Shown one piece after another: positions 12,451 to 26,544 of a stretch of 64,000 bases of DNA. Below the pieces are notes generated by a model. That model worked only from the letters and a program-made list of their open reading frames with translations, did not search any database and was not told the origin of the DNA. The stretch spans positions 81,592,001-81,656,000 of the forward strand of contig OZ320314.1 in NCBI GenBank assembly GCA_976226885.1, in the 5' to 3' direction. The position numbers and the translations under genes were made by a program. The stretch is from Iphione sp. A-MEVVRFRX5. Lineage: Eukaryota. Numbering within the stretch: position 1 is the stretch's first letter; each line of letters begins with the position of its first letter.

Positions 12451-15230
12451 GCATTGTTGGCCTGATAGCCATGATGGTCGACCCGACAAATACGGTCGTG
12501 CCTGCCGCATCGTCGGCTTGTAGCGATCACTAAAGGTGACTGATACCTGGAGCTCAGCGCCGAATGAAAATATTATCTCTATACCGGAATGTCTGGTAAG
12601 GATGCCTGCCTAATGTAAACAGTATCCCCCTCGGCGGAAGTCTGCTTCGATGCACTCTAATTGTTCGATAGTGAATGACAGATCGCAGGGTCAGACAATG
12701 ACTGTAGAAAACCTGGCCCCTACCGGCCGGTCAGTAAACCATCTAGAACGCTCACCCTTCTCAGTTGGCTGTTCTAAATGGAGTGTGTTCCTAATTTTCA
12801 TTTTGAGAACAGCAGTACGCAGTAGGATTTCTTAACGTCGATGTACACATGAGCCCTCGCTGGCTTGCTTTAGAATTCGCAAGTTGCTGCATTAGGATTC
12901 TTCTTCAGATGATTAAAAGGTTTTAGTTCAAGAGATCAAGATTTTATTTGACAGAACACAACATTCCAATTAAAGTAGGCCATTTATAGGACTAGTTTTC
13001 GAAAGAAGCATGCTTCCGGAAGAATACATTAGGGGCCCATTAAACAGGAAAAAACGTTTTATCAAGCAATTACGAAACCTAATATGAATTTATCACACGT
13101 GCGCCCACAAGCAATTAAACTTTGGATATGTGATAGTCACTTTGTAATATATGAAGTGCATGAGGGGCACATGTCAAAATGGTGAATATTCTAGACAGTC
13201 TGACCTACGTGAAGCTATATTGATATATTGGTGCACATTTTCCGTGCAAATTAAAGTTATTCTTTTTACTATGTCATTCCCTGTAGTAGATCAATCTGAA
13301 AGGGTAAATTTTGTGTTTCATACAGCTACTATGTTGATTTCATCTAGAATATATTAGCTTTTTCCCACGTGTATGAGGTTCTGTGCTGCACTGTGAGTGG
13401 AAACTTATGTTTATGGTTCTTTTTGGTAATTTTATTTCCTTTCCTTACCGAACCAACGCCACAATGGGTTATTTCCTTCCAATTTGTTTTCTCGCTCATG
13501 AACCCTTAACAAACTTCCTAATTCATCTAATTTCATAAATTACAATCACATTCCACATGCACATTGATACTAACAGTTCATCCGAGATGAATATCACCCA
13601 GTTCCTAGAGCGCTTCTGCATATTTTAAAACGCTGAGAGATACGGCTGATGTTCAAGACATATGCAAATGAATGAAATAAGGGGGTAACGTGGGGAGTAA
13701 AAATTTGGCGGCCATATTTTTTTCAGCTCTGCTGGCCTCTGTAATCGTACACGTCGGGGTCTATACCGTGGTCATGGTTGCATTCCTCTTCATGCTTGCT
13801 GTGAACTTAGATCAAATTCCCCTAGCTCAAGGGTGAAGGTAAATAGGAGGCGATCATCCTACACAGCGCACTGCGTGTCGAGTTCCTGCCGGCTTGTTAC
13901 CTGCGTGACACCTTGCTTTCTTCAAGAATGAAGAGGACTGGCCGTCTCTTAAACTATCTATCAGCATCCAGCACAAATATCGTTCAAAGAACCGTCAGTA
14001 AAATGTTCAAAAAGGCGCGGAAGCTCATTTCCAACTTAAGATGATCTCAAATGGCACATAGTACATGCTTCCTTCTTCCACGTCCCTTTTTGGGAATTAG
14101 TGACAAATAGCAGTCCTCATAGCGGTATTTGTAGCTATCCAGAAAGACGTCGACACGACCGTCTTCGTTAACATCCTTAACATCTTCCTGTGGAAGGAAA
14201 ACGCGTTAGTTAAAGGTCGACACATTTACTGTGCTCGGTCATTAGGGATGATTTTATTTACTACGGTACTTATGAAAAACGTCGAGTTTTAACTGACACA
14301 CTCCGCATGAGACCTGCAGCCCCGTTCGACGGTGGGTGCAGGATGCCTTTGCATTTTTTCGTTCCTCTCCCGGAACTGGCGAATCCTGTTACATCGCCGT
14401 CGAACACGGGAGTAGGTGCCTGAGTGCTCACTCGGCGTCCCACAGGAAACGTGAGACTTGGCAAACGGTTTCCCCGCCAGAGAGAGCCACGGTCCGATAG
14501 CAAAACTACCGTGTACCGATCGTGCTTCTGTCCTCCTCGCTCAAGGCGCGCCACAATTGCATGCCACCAGAAACCAGTGACTAGTAGACTGAAAGGACTT
14601 TGCTAACCCTAGTGGGCTAGATACGTGTGAACCCCAGGCACCAGTGACACACATACGGTGCGTGTTGTTGTGCAGTCAGGAGAGGGTCGGCAAACATCAT
14701 GGCAGGTTGTATTACACTATACGAGTAAAAAAAAATTCCGTTGGCGAGTAGGTCATCGTGTAGCAAAGTCCGCGCTGCCTTAAACCCTATTTGAATCGAA
14801 TCAAAGGGAAAATCCAGAGTCAAAGAAGATTTCTTGAAGTAGTACCATGTCAACTCTTGTTTACGGGGACCATAAGTCACACGAAGAATGTCGCCTGTTG
14901 AATTGACCTGTCAAGTCGAAATAAGACATCGATTCGACCTGCAACTAACTCTGCTGAGAACCGACATAAACGTCAATAAGGCAGTAATCTGTATTTTTTT
15001 CTCCAGATCCCGATTGTATCTTTGTCCTGGGCTGGTTTTCCACCTAACCTATTCCAAAAACGCCAACCTTTGACGTTCAGTGAATTATCTATCAGAATGT
15101 AATGATTTGTAATTTGCGAGCCTGTGCAGTGGCGAGTACCTTCGATTGCATTACTTATAAGTTGCAAAAATCATTCACTTTGAATAAAGTATCGTTTAGG
15201 AAGTTTTTATGAGTAGGAAAAGAAAATCCA

Positions 15231-15530
15231 TGTGGGAAATTAGCTCAGTTGGTAATGATGCTTACTATTAATGGTCCACTGATGGAAAAGTCGGATATCA
15301 ATCCAGGGCCCTGGACTCTTGCTCATGACCAGATAGATTTACCTTAGCCCTAGTACAGAGTGCTTCACAACTTGTAATAAAGGTTGCAGATATATAGGAT
15401 TCTGTCCCTTATGTACAAAAAGGTCCAAAGAGACCTGTTCAAAATAAGAATAGGGGCAACCCTGGATATTTTGGTATCTTAGTAGTTTTCAATGATAGAT
15501 GGTAATATGCTAACCCAGCGAATTATGGAA
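15231..15530 (+). mobile_element. tRNA-derived SINE, degraded copy
   Basis: A-box-like TAGCTCAGTTGGTA at ~15241. The body is colinear with 45740-46025 (GGTCCACTGA, GGACTCTTG, ATAGGATTCTGTCCC, AATAAGA.TAGGGG.CAACCCTGG, ATAGATGGTA.TATGCTA). Confidence 0.85.
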
Positions 15531-18500
15531 AAATGGCTAAAAAGGTAGCTGAATATCTAGTTCATAAACCTTTGTTCAAATTACATATATATATGTGTTT
15601 AATATTATTATCAAAATCACAATGTCTCATCTTCTTGTCTTAGTAAACATCGTGTCATCTCTTCTTAGATCTTTTTTGAAAAGGTCAACATGTACAAATG
15701 GTTGTCGATAAATTGTGCACTGCTTGTTTTCCTACAAAGAGAAACCATTCCTTCAAAAAACATAGTACTTTCAGAGAGAAAAGGAACACAAACCATGAAA
15801 GCAGCAGCAGGCAAATTAAGAAGACGACTTTTCGATACAGCAACATATAGTAGCATGGCATGTTTTTTCGTCTAATTTAGTTTCTACTTGTCAACTTTGT
15901 ATATCAGGCAAGGTTAAACCATCTCACCCATATTGATGGGAATAAAGGAACCCTTCCAAAAATAACGTGTGTGTATATTTTGTTAACATGTCGAGGGCAT
16001 TTCTATTGTTCTGGTGGTCATGTGTGTAATGTGTACGTAGTCAATAGTATGCAGTGTGCACCGTGTACAATCTGGACAATGCTATCGCTTGTGTGGGTGA
16101 TTCGTATGCATTTATCACGAGATAAACAAGGCTATGAAAGGGGACGGTGCACATATCATAATGTGTACATTTCACAATGGACACATTAGGATCAGACTTT
16201 GTCACTTTCCATGTACTGTTCTGTGTGTGGTGTGTGCCTAGTGCTGGAAGGAATATTCTTAAATTGTTCTAACGTATACACAACAAACTACACGCATCAC
16301 CGACCACGTACCCTGCATGGCGCATACATGCAAATGTCTTGATAGGCGCAGTTGTAGGTAACTGCATATTCTAGGTAGGTGCACATATGTACTTATTACG
16401 TGTGTGAACTGGACCTACCATTATCCAAGCAGCAAGATATTTTATGCATCTGAATCGATGCGCGCATACAATTTTTGAGAGGAAGGAGAGAGAGAAAGGC
16501 GCGAATGTATGTGTGTAAATATGCCTGACAAAGGCCAGATTCCACATAATATGTACTTCTCTTACATCGATATCTCTAAAACAAGATTATTCGCATGGAT
16601 ATTTAAAAAAAAGGTGTACTACTGACCAGCAAATTGACGAACTCTGATACAGAGAATTTGCAGACACTGGTCATTGTCGTCCTCAGACAAGCACACATGG
16701 ATGCACATTGCATGCATGTATATCTGAGCCTAAGGAATAGCTTAGTTCATTCACATGATACTGGAAAGTCCATACATGCATGTGCGCTTTGTATTTAAGT
16801 AATATAGGCTTGACATAGTTTTTGTATGTAAATTTGTACATTTCCGGACCCATCTGTCTTGTGTCATCTGCAGGTGGTCCTGTCCACTAAGATCCCTGAG
16901 TAGATGCATAACAGACAGTAAACAAAGCAGACGCGGATAGATAAAAAAAAGATATTGTTTGCAGCGCAACCTTTCGGCCACAAGTATTCCAACGTTGCGA
17001 TGGAAGTAGTCATTTCGCGGTGTATGTACATGTATTACTACAGATGAAATATAATCCCCAGTGACATCAGGAAAACACATAATTAACGAGAGGTACAGTT
17101 CGATATTGGGTAGCATATATCGTTATTTGATGACAAAAGGACATACAAAACCAAACCGGCATGAAATCATTTCACCCTCGCAATGTGAACACGATGCTTG
17201 AAGTCACAGAATAATTATTGGGTATATCTGCGCATATGATCCTTTTTGAGAGCTCGAACACCGTATGAATGATAGTTTTTACCATGACATGTTGAAGCCC
17301 GTGTAATGTGATGTCAGGATATCCTGTTGCAGTTATTACTAAATTGATGTTGACACTCCCCATCATATTTCAGGATAATGCACGTAATTATGGACAGAAG
17401 ATTCATGTTATCGAAAACACAACGTCAGTGTGGATGAATGTCGTTTCTTTCCAGGAAGGAACACAAAATTATGCAGAGAAAGCAGGTTCAAAATATGTAA
17501 AAATGTACGCACGTGCATGGAGTTGGCAGTGTTGTGCATGTCCTCACTTGAAACTAGAGAGCTTATCTCACTGAACTGGAACAGATCGATTGCTGGGAGG
17601 CTTGGATGCAGTTAGCGGTTCACTTGTCTTTGATTGCAACGGCTTTTCAAAACTCATCACCCTGTAGCCAGGGAAATGTACGCATAGACACCTAGGAAAT
17701 GCACAAGGGTGTTGACGGGGCCAGCAATCAAAGACGAGTGAGAGATGGACAATATCCAAGGCATACTACACACGCAAAACGTTCAAGAGACTTTTGCGGT
17801 GTATGTTATAATCCATAAATATTGTCGGAGAATTCTTCCATTAGTATGCACGATAAAATCCTAAATTTCCAGACTCTTCCATAATGTGATGAACTGAACA
17901 GATGAGCCACACGTTTATTTGATTGTCATATCCCTAGATATATAATTACAATGCGTCAGATTTTCAAGTTGGCTACAACAATATCGTTAAGTTTGCGTCA
18001 GGTTTAATGACATGTAAATAATCTCAATTTTAGCTTTTAAATTGGTTGCATGCCTTTATTGCGTTTTTCCTTAATTTCTTTATGGGTGGATGCAGTCTAA
18101 GGGCTGGGCTGTGTGTTTTGGTCGGTGTGCGTTGGTAAGGCTGTGTGCATGAGGCTGCGCGTGTGGAGCGATGTGCCAGGAATCTGACGAGGCCAACGCA
18201 TCAGCACCTTTCCTCTCGTCGAACCCGCTCCGACAACGAAGTCCCGGGGGGTCCCGAACACCTCACATGCCTGGCTAGTTGGGAACAATGCTGTCATGTA
18301 AAATATTCATCTTTATTGATCTTACCTTTAAATCAGCGAAAAAGGGGGGTGCATGCAACATATCATGCAAACTAGCCCCAGCTACTGGTTCTGAAAACAG
18401 GAGTTCTGAGGACAAAAGTTGGTCAGATAATGGCTCTCAACGCAGTACCCGACATTAATGGTCAGCACGTTGGGCACTTAATGAGATGGCTCTGCTTCTT

Positions 18501-18836
18501 TTCACGAATGGACATGGAAGTTTGCTCCATTTCCAACCTTGAACGTATAACGATTTTGTACGTTGTAATTGAAGCAGCGATAAGATGGCTGGAAGCATTT
18601 ACTCAGGAGATGTTGTAGACGCAATACAATCGAAAACTGATCACATCACTCTCCCAAATACTTATTAACTCCAAGAGTAAATCATTAATACCACTTAGAT
18701 GTCCTTATAAAGCGTTTAAGTCCTTTAAGGAAGGGAAGTATATATGCAAGACAACCTTATTTCCTGGCTCTCCTTACTTCACAGTATATCCACGCAATGC
18801 TAATTCAATCTACTGTAAATCACTCACAGCAGTTAG

Positions 18837-20200
18837 TTCAAATTCAAATTCAAACAGTTTATTTACATTCTCAAAATTGCATTTACAATGGAATAAGGAG
18901 ATCTTCAAATAAATAGTGGGAAGTGATTTGGAGTAACGATGACCTATACATTGCATTTTGTGGTCTTTCTAGGGGTATCCTCACGTTTTGCCCTTGCCTA
19001 GTCCTAGGCCCGCACCTCTCAGATGCCTGTCACTACCAACCTGTGGACTAATTTGCAGAAGCCTTCCCCTGCCCCATAATGTCTGAACATCACACTGCCT
19101 GATTAAGGAAATTGCACTTCTCTGTTTGCGGAGTGTCCTAACCACTATCAGCTTCAATTGTCTATTGAGTTCCACCTGCAGAATTCATCCAAGTACTTTT
19201 TGCTCTTACTAGCAGTGGACCACAGTAATCAAAGATAGGCTGAATAAATGCATGATCCTGTCATTATATGGCAAGCTAGTTGTGAGCCAGACACCACAAA
19301 GCCCCTCTGCCTAGCTTTTCTCTGTACAGAGTTGGCCATGGTCCTTCAGGAGAAATCATCATCGACGTCATAACCTAGAAGCTTGACACTTTTTTGCTTG
19401 GTGACAGGAGAACCATCTAGGTCCGGATCTAGGTCTAGGTTACGGCCCTTCCCAAAGGTGATATAGCAGCATTGATGAAGAGCCCATTTTCCCTACACCT
19501 TTGTAATTTCAATCTCAAGGCAAAGCCATTTGAGATGCTGCAGAATCCTGTTGTGTCATCCGCAGAGATAACAGATAAGGTGACCATGAGTGAGCTGGGG
19601 AGACCATTGGTCACAGCCAAGAACAAGAGAGGCCCATGAGATTTTCCTTGGGCACTCCCTGTCTCACAGCCACGTCCTTGGATGCTGTCCCATTGCATTC
19701 CACATACTGTGCTCTCCCATCCAAATAAGACATCATCAACGATTGCCTCCCTGATTGCCTCGCAGTCAACATTCACACTCGATGGGCATCAACCGTAGGC
19801 ATCAACATTTCTCCCAGTGCAATCGGGTTGTAGTTTCTCCACTGACGCCCTTCATACATTGTCTGACCTACACGAGCCCTCAGTTTCTTATCCACAATAT
19901 ACACGGGTAGGTGGTCACATACATACCTACTCAGCGTCCCTGCCATTATGATATGCCTGATGTTTGAAAACACCAGGTCTAAGCGAGACTGACTAGTTTT
20001 GTGGATAATTGTTGGGGTGCTAATGTATTGCTGTAGCTGGAAATTCTTAGCTAAGTTCCTTAACTGGGTTGTACTTTTCCCCTTGCATAACCAATTGATA
20101 TTGAAATCCCCCCCAAAGACCACATCTGTGGTAATATTTTTCCTGTTTCCATCTCACCTGAATCGCTTTCCTGCAGCCACTGCCGGTTTTGCTGCCCAAC
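18837..20200 (-). mobile_element. CR1/L2-type LINE remnant (APE endonuclease + partial RT + 3' tail), internally deleted
   Basis: Endonuclease motifs GGDFNINWL, SRLDLVFSN, CDHLPVY (ORF 19773-20123). RT motifs GVP(Q)G with a frameshift, GPLLFL..NGLP, SADDTT (ORF 19435-19776). Downstream LDGSPVTKQKSVKLLG. The 3' end has AATAAA followed by a (TTTGAA)n tail at 18837-18863. Confidence 0.9.
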
Positions 20201-21219
20201 ACAATTCATTGGCACTAATTGTGTTCTTAGTCGATCCTAACTCAGTCATATTGTCGGTATCTTAGTTGCACTCTATTAATAAATACAGCAAGGGAACACA
20301 GCAGCTTCAGATTGTATCATTCATCGGTTTTCAGTGTATCAGCAGCGTATTGCTGTTAGTATAAAAACACAGGTTATTTTGAAGGCCCTAACAGTGGAAA
20401 GAATACGAGTATCATAATTCCTATTTGCCAACTGTTGAAGATATTGTGCCCTATCATTAACTTAGAGTGCTCCCGTTTATTGTTCAATTGAATCCTACTT
20501 TCCAATAGGCAGTTTATGCGCACACAACACAGACTTATCAACTTATAAGAGCCTGACCTTGCAATATATATCTTGCATCAATTTGTCAGATCATTACAGT
20601 TTTCTGATCACATTACTTGATTTATTCGGACATGTACTGTACTGGACATCAATTGACTCATCGCTGGGTGGCCATCTGCATTTCAGAAAGGTACAAAGGT
20701 TTTAATGGTCCTAGCAATCAAGGATACCCTCAGTGTGTATTTATATGAGTGTTACTTGAAAACATACAAGGTTTGGGGGATCCCTTCAGTCGATAATACA
20801 ATTTAATGCAAGTAAAGGTTGAGTAATGTCTAAAACTCCACCCAGCGATACTCTAGGAAACTTCTCCATCCCTATGATGCAGAGCTACGACGAAACTCTT
20901 GTCAGTAAACCTAACAGTTTCTGCAAGTTTTTTTTTGTGTTTCCGTTTGAACTGTATTTACCCTACGGAATAGTCATCATAAGGCAATGACATCCAAAAG
21001 TGTATTGGCATTAATCCTTAATTCATTGCTGCTTATTTTGTTTATGTGAGTTAACGATTTACTGCATATATACTGACATGCTGCTTTCCTCTCCATCTTG
21101 ACAAGTACCTTTGACAATCTACAGCCACTAACGTCTTATTTTTGTTACACTGAGGAGTGCGTCTTACCATTCAAGTAGGGGAGACAAGTGGAAATATGGC
21201 TGAATAATAAGTGCTCAGC

Positions 21220-21480
21220 TCTTGCCAGTTAATGAGAGGGAACTTCAACGGTGCCTCCTCCAGTAATTGTTCGTCAATAGCCCGCATAAAGTGGCGTGTT
21301 TATCACGCTCCAGCGCTCTCATTATGGCATGAAAGCTAATATTTAACGTTAGTGATTGCTTCTTGCCTCTTGTCGGGGGAATGGTAAATAGAAAACCCTT
21401 TTTCGAAATTATAATTAGATGAAACGGGCTAATTCAATTATGTCTGCCTCGCATTAATGGTGTAACTGATCGCTATACAA
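21220..21480. promoter_or_regulatory. Enhancer-like segment dense in TAAT/ATTA homeodomain cores
   Basis: TE-free segment with many TAAT/ATTA cores (GTTAATGA, GTAATTG, CATTATGG, GCTAATA, TATAATTAG, GCTAATTCAATTA, CATTAATG). Motif inspection only. Confidence 0.3.
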
Positions 21481-22466
21481 ACGGCATTTTTCCCCTCCTT
21501 TTTACCCAGTACAAAATAGGAAATGAACTCAACCATTTAATGCCTAACTTGAAAAGACAATTAAAATCTTGTCATCAACTAACATTAATTTTGTGAAACC
21601 GCCTTCTATTTAATCCATTTTACTCTTACCTGTTATATTATTGGAAGAAAAATATGTCCGTCAAATATCTAGAGAATTATTACATTGAGGTGCCTTCTGT
21701 AGGAAGGACTCATTAATACAGACCACATAAAGCAAGTCACTCTTATCACGAAAACACTCTGTCGAGATAGGTTTGCCCAGTGATAACTGCCTCCTGACCT
21801 CCCTTGTCTTCCCACCATCGCACTTAGAATGCGGCAGGGCGGCACAATACAATAAACCAAGAGGGTATAGGAAAACCTTGTGGGTTAATGACCAAATGTT
21901 GCAAAGAAAGTATTTGGAAGGGAGGAGCGAATGAGCTTTGTGTACACTGTTGGCTGGAGTGAATAGGACGTACCGAGTGTCTCGGAAGCGGTACTCCATG
22001 GTTGCAATCAGCAGCGGTAGTGAGAGCGCATAGTGCTTCCAGTCATCAGAAGGAATCAAATTAGCACGGGCACTGCCTCACATAAGGTCCGACATTACTG
22101 AACAATTAATGAGTGTGCGAGAAAATCATACAGAAGGTAAAGTTAATTAAGCCACGGCCGTCTCCCTTCGAGCTTTTTTTGTACTGTATCTCTGCATGGC
22201 GCACGGGATGCTAACTGTTGCCTGCATAACTCGGCATGTAAACCTGCTTATGGATGATTAAATAATGTAGGAAATGTATTGTATTTTCTTTATTTATTCA
22301 TCCAGTAATGCATTCATCATCTATATAATGATGTAGAGTGCAGTAATGCTGTTTCGATAGCAACGTAAGTCGATGTAGAAATTCAAGTATCCATCTCAGG
22401 TTTTTTTGAGCATGTCACTTGTGCTTCTCATACTATTGTCACAGAGATATGTGTATCCCTGTTCAT

Positions 22467-22510
22467 TTCGTCCCTACATAACAGCAGCTTCGTCCCTACA
22501 TAACAGCAGC
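22467..22510. repeat. Perfect 22-bp tandem duplication
   Basis: TTCGTCCCTACATAACAGCAGC x2. Confidence 0.95.
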
Positions 22511-25500
22511 TTTGAAAATGGCGACCAGTGCCCCCTCTACCTTAGAGTTACAACGTGAAAAACGTATGTTTTAGCCCGACTGGCACATTACACTAAGTAC
22601 GCCGCCTCGCCGCTAGAGTGCACTTGAAGCAGCGGCTTGCCGGCGAAACAAGAAAATGGTCATTCAATTTTGCCGGCGCTCTGCGCGTCCGGTGGACCAA
22701 AGTGACATTTATGGGTCATTTCCTGGCCGTCTTGTTGATGGATCAGGGCGAGCTGTGATAATTAGGGAACAAATGGGACCCCGACTGGTCGCGAGTGACC
22801 GCTGATGGTCAGTTGAGCGTCGAACGCTCATCTCCACTTGGCTGACCGATTGCCTCAACGCCTGATAGATGATGAACTCGCTGCATCCATAGGTAAGCAT
22901 GGACTGTTTCCCCTCGCCTCCCTACACTTCCACTAGTAAAGTCATTCTAGATATGGACATGCATTCTGCTGAAGCATAATTATAGGGCACTGAAGGAAAT
23001 TCAACTTTGGGCGACAGAAGCGGGCCGAAACAAACAGTTACGGACATGGTTCCGACTTTTCCAAGACCAGAGGCATATAAAAGAATTTTTTTCCTGCTTA
23101 CAAGATACTACATTATGAGTGCTTTAGTGGGGATCTGACATGGATATAGGCATAGTGTACATTAAAATTTTGATATGAAAAAAGGTTAGGAATGAAAAAA
23201 AATGATAGGATTGTGATAATATGAATTTGCATATTTACAAAATTAGACGATGCATAATAAGTGCTAATTTCAAATGAAAAATACTACACGTTATCCTTCA
23301 GAGACATCGACAGATCTATTTCTATATTCAAAGCACTATGAGTAGATCACTGCATGAGCCCAGTCCTCCAATAACTGGAAGTACAACTTCATCACACTGA
23401 TACCATACCTATGGAAATCTGTAGCCACAGTCTAGTTGAGCGTGCAATACAAAGTTTTGATAAAAGAATAAAATTCGATTCAGCTGTTTGCCCCTTGTAC
23501 TTATCTATGCGGGGGATTACTCTTTGGAGTGGTTGTATCGCTAAAATCAAAGCACTCCAATATCTATTTCACATAGAGGCTCGTGGCCTTTTCCCGTAGT
23601 ACGACCTGAGAAGTCCTTTGAAAAGATGACGGAAGGTCAAAAAAATGATTGAACCCTCATGGACAGGTAGTATGGGAGACTAGATCGTGGCTGTTAGCCT
23701 TCCCTCTCATGTAACATAGAAGTGATCTCATGGCGCTATGTCGTCGCAGTCTAGGTAGAGAAAGACCGTCTTTTGTCCGCGTTTTAAAAGACGGCTGTGC
23801 TATCGAAGTGTTTCTGCTACATCCGTGCTATTAAACTATGTATGTAATTAGAAATGTTTTTATTCAGGTAAGTGTATGTAGTTACAGCTAGATTTCTTTA
23901 AACGTTGCCTTTACCGCTTCTGGCAAGAAAGGAGACTGCGAAAGAAGTAACTGCCTCTCGAAGTATCATTTACAGTCAGCCACCCTCTTACTCACCTACT
24001 CCGTGGAAGCTACATGCATACGTTTTTAGACTCTCAGTCAACATCAGAGAGTTTATACATTGACACTGTCCATTTCAGGTCCAGACGTAAACACGTTGTA
24101 ATGCGTTGTTCAAACATTGAAAGCATTCTTCATCACGTCCCGCATGTCCCAATCTTCATCATGACGACACATAGGTGAAACCACACAAGCGGCTGGCGTC
24201 TGCTAAAAACTGTAGCATTGTGTTCCAGTGATAAAATCCTAGCTGCAGTCATTGCTGATACGGTGTCTTTACCAATAGATGATGCTTAGTGGCGGTTATT
24301 GCCAACATCTGTGGCGTTTGCCAAGTTAAGTCAAGGTAACCCTACTGCTGCGTCAAAGGAGTTTTTTCCAGCTTACACTCCGGCTGTTGTTGTTGTTCAC
24401 CAAAAGTATCGCCACAGAGCATGGTCTTGATTCCCCAGCATAACAGGCTTGCAATGAACACAATCATGCGTCTGATGTTATTGATGACACATCCCAGGTG
24501 AAGAAAGTATACGGTAATAATTCACCTATAGTCATAGTTATTGCAGTGTCTTGTGTACCTAGCGTAAGGAAATGTCTTGTACCCTCAAAATAAATCGAAC
24601 ATTATATTAATGTCAAAATCCGGGGTGAATATTTACAATCGATAACTTTCCTTGCAACTGTCGCAATTGTAAATCAAAAATGTCTTTACTAGATGCTGTA
24701 AATATGTTGAATTACTGAAGATGTTATATCCAATAGCTCAAGAAATACTTGTGCATGTACATGTGCAGAATATTAATTACATCATAAAACTGAAGAAACG
24801 TTCTGCTGCAAGCAATCGCGTAATCCCATACCAGTATATTCACACTCTCTCCCGACAAAGAGCAAAATAGCGAATAAATACATCTTAAAAACGCGGTTTA
24901 GCTTGTGTTACGCATTGAAAAGGGCGATATAATGAACTAGACATTAATAACTAGGGATCACGGATTTATTATTATAGGCTAGGAACAGTTTAGATCGGCC
25001 AATTCTGTTTGGTCCACACATACACACATTATACGTAGTAATACGTTAGCGTTAAAAATTCCGTCCTTGTTATATCCTGGATTTGTGTTGCATTTTCAAT
25101 CCAATGGACGCAGCATTCGCTCTTCAGTTTTATTTAAAGGCTGTCCTCCTCTTCGTTGATATTTAGTAAGATACTATTAGCATGCCTATCATTTGAAGAG
25201 ATCCCTTTTCCTACGCCAAGCATTATAGAATTAATAAGATACGTGCCTGTTGGTCCATTCGTGCAGTGGTCTTCAGGTTCGAATGTAAAGGAATATCTTG
25301 AATTTGAAGTAGCATATATCTTTGTATCAACAGATATGAGGTATGGACATTCAAATTTAAATAATACAGGTCTCTTTTGTCAGTGGTGATTGATGGTGTG
25401 CTCAAGCAGCTGCTAATACAGAGTGTTATTTTAAAGGTGGTAACACAAGTAACGAAATAGGAAATGAAGTATAATGTATTGTGTAACGTTGGATGACACA

Positions 25501-25770
25501 GACAAAGCAAATCTAGTGCCAGCAAAGTGTACAACCATAAAACTTCAGCGTGGAGTGTTCTATACTCGTGGATAGGGTGGGCATAGTTCAATGTTATTAC
25601 ATGTTCAATTAAGTCTCATTTCCATGGATAGCAGTACTATTTCTTCTCCTGATTATAACGATTAAAATCTGATAAACCGTCTTATTACAAGAGAATATGT
25701 TTCCCCTAAGAGATTGGAGAATAGGCGATGAACTCGATATTAAGGGTGTTCTTCTTTTCAGTAATCATAC

Positions 25771-25790
25771 ATATATATATATATATATAT
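25771..25790. repeat. (AT)10 microsatellite
   Basis: Direct reading. Confidence 0.95.
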
Positions 25791-26289
25791 GGATTTGAAC
25801 CATTATAAAATAAAACACTTTGCTACTACGCTGCTTTTGACTTGTTAATTATTTCTCAAGATTACAAAATGGTTTGAGACCGAAGGAAGAGTTATTTTCT
25901 CTAGTCAATATTTTCTACATCTTACAACCAATGATCATCTCATGATTTACTTACAAGCGATGGGTACAATCAATTTACAACACTTAAATCTCACAATGCA
26001 TCAAATGGAAGTACCTCAAGTGAACCATCATCTGAATGTTAAATCTGAACGTAAAAAACAGTCATAAATAGATATACATAAACTTCATTTTTCTTTTAAA
26101 ATTTCATTTTTACTTCTTACAGTCGCACTGGACATGAAAAAACATCATCTTAACATGCCATTGTCAAAAATATTTTAATATACAGTAATTACTCATCCAA
26201 ATAGAAGTAAAGATAATCTCTTGAAGAGGATTTTAAAACATACATCATTATTTGAAAAAGTACACCTTTTTATATGCAACACAAGCGCC

Positions 26290-26375
26290 TTTGGCGATAT
26301 GTCCTGCTGTTAAATCCATAAGTCGCGCTTCTAAGTCTGTATTTCCTGCCGCTAAGTCCATATGTCCCATTGCGC
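26290..26375. repeat. Degenerate 21-bp tandem repeat (about 3-4 units)
   Basis: GCTGTTAAATCCATAAGTCGC / GCTTCTAAGTCTGTATTTCCT / GCCGCTAAGTCCATATGTCCC (AVKSISR-ASKSVFP-AAKSICP). Confidence 0.65.
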
Positions 26376-26398
26376 GGACTTGTGTAAGCATGGGGTGG

Positions 26399-26429
<31 letters not shown>

Positions 26430-26436
26430 TGTGTGT
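26399..26436. repeat. (GA)n-(GT)n microsatellite
   Basis: Direct reading. Confidence 0.95.
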
Positions 26437-26544
26437 TTATGCTTGACTGCACACAGAGGCTTAGTGATACTAAATCTCGTAAACTATCAGATCTGGGTGA
26501 GATCTCCCCACTACTGGACTACTTTCAGGCACCGTTTTATATAG

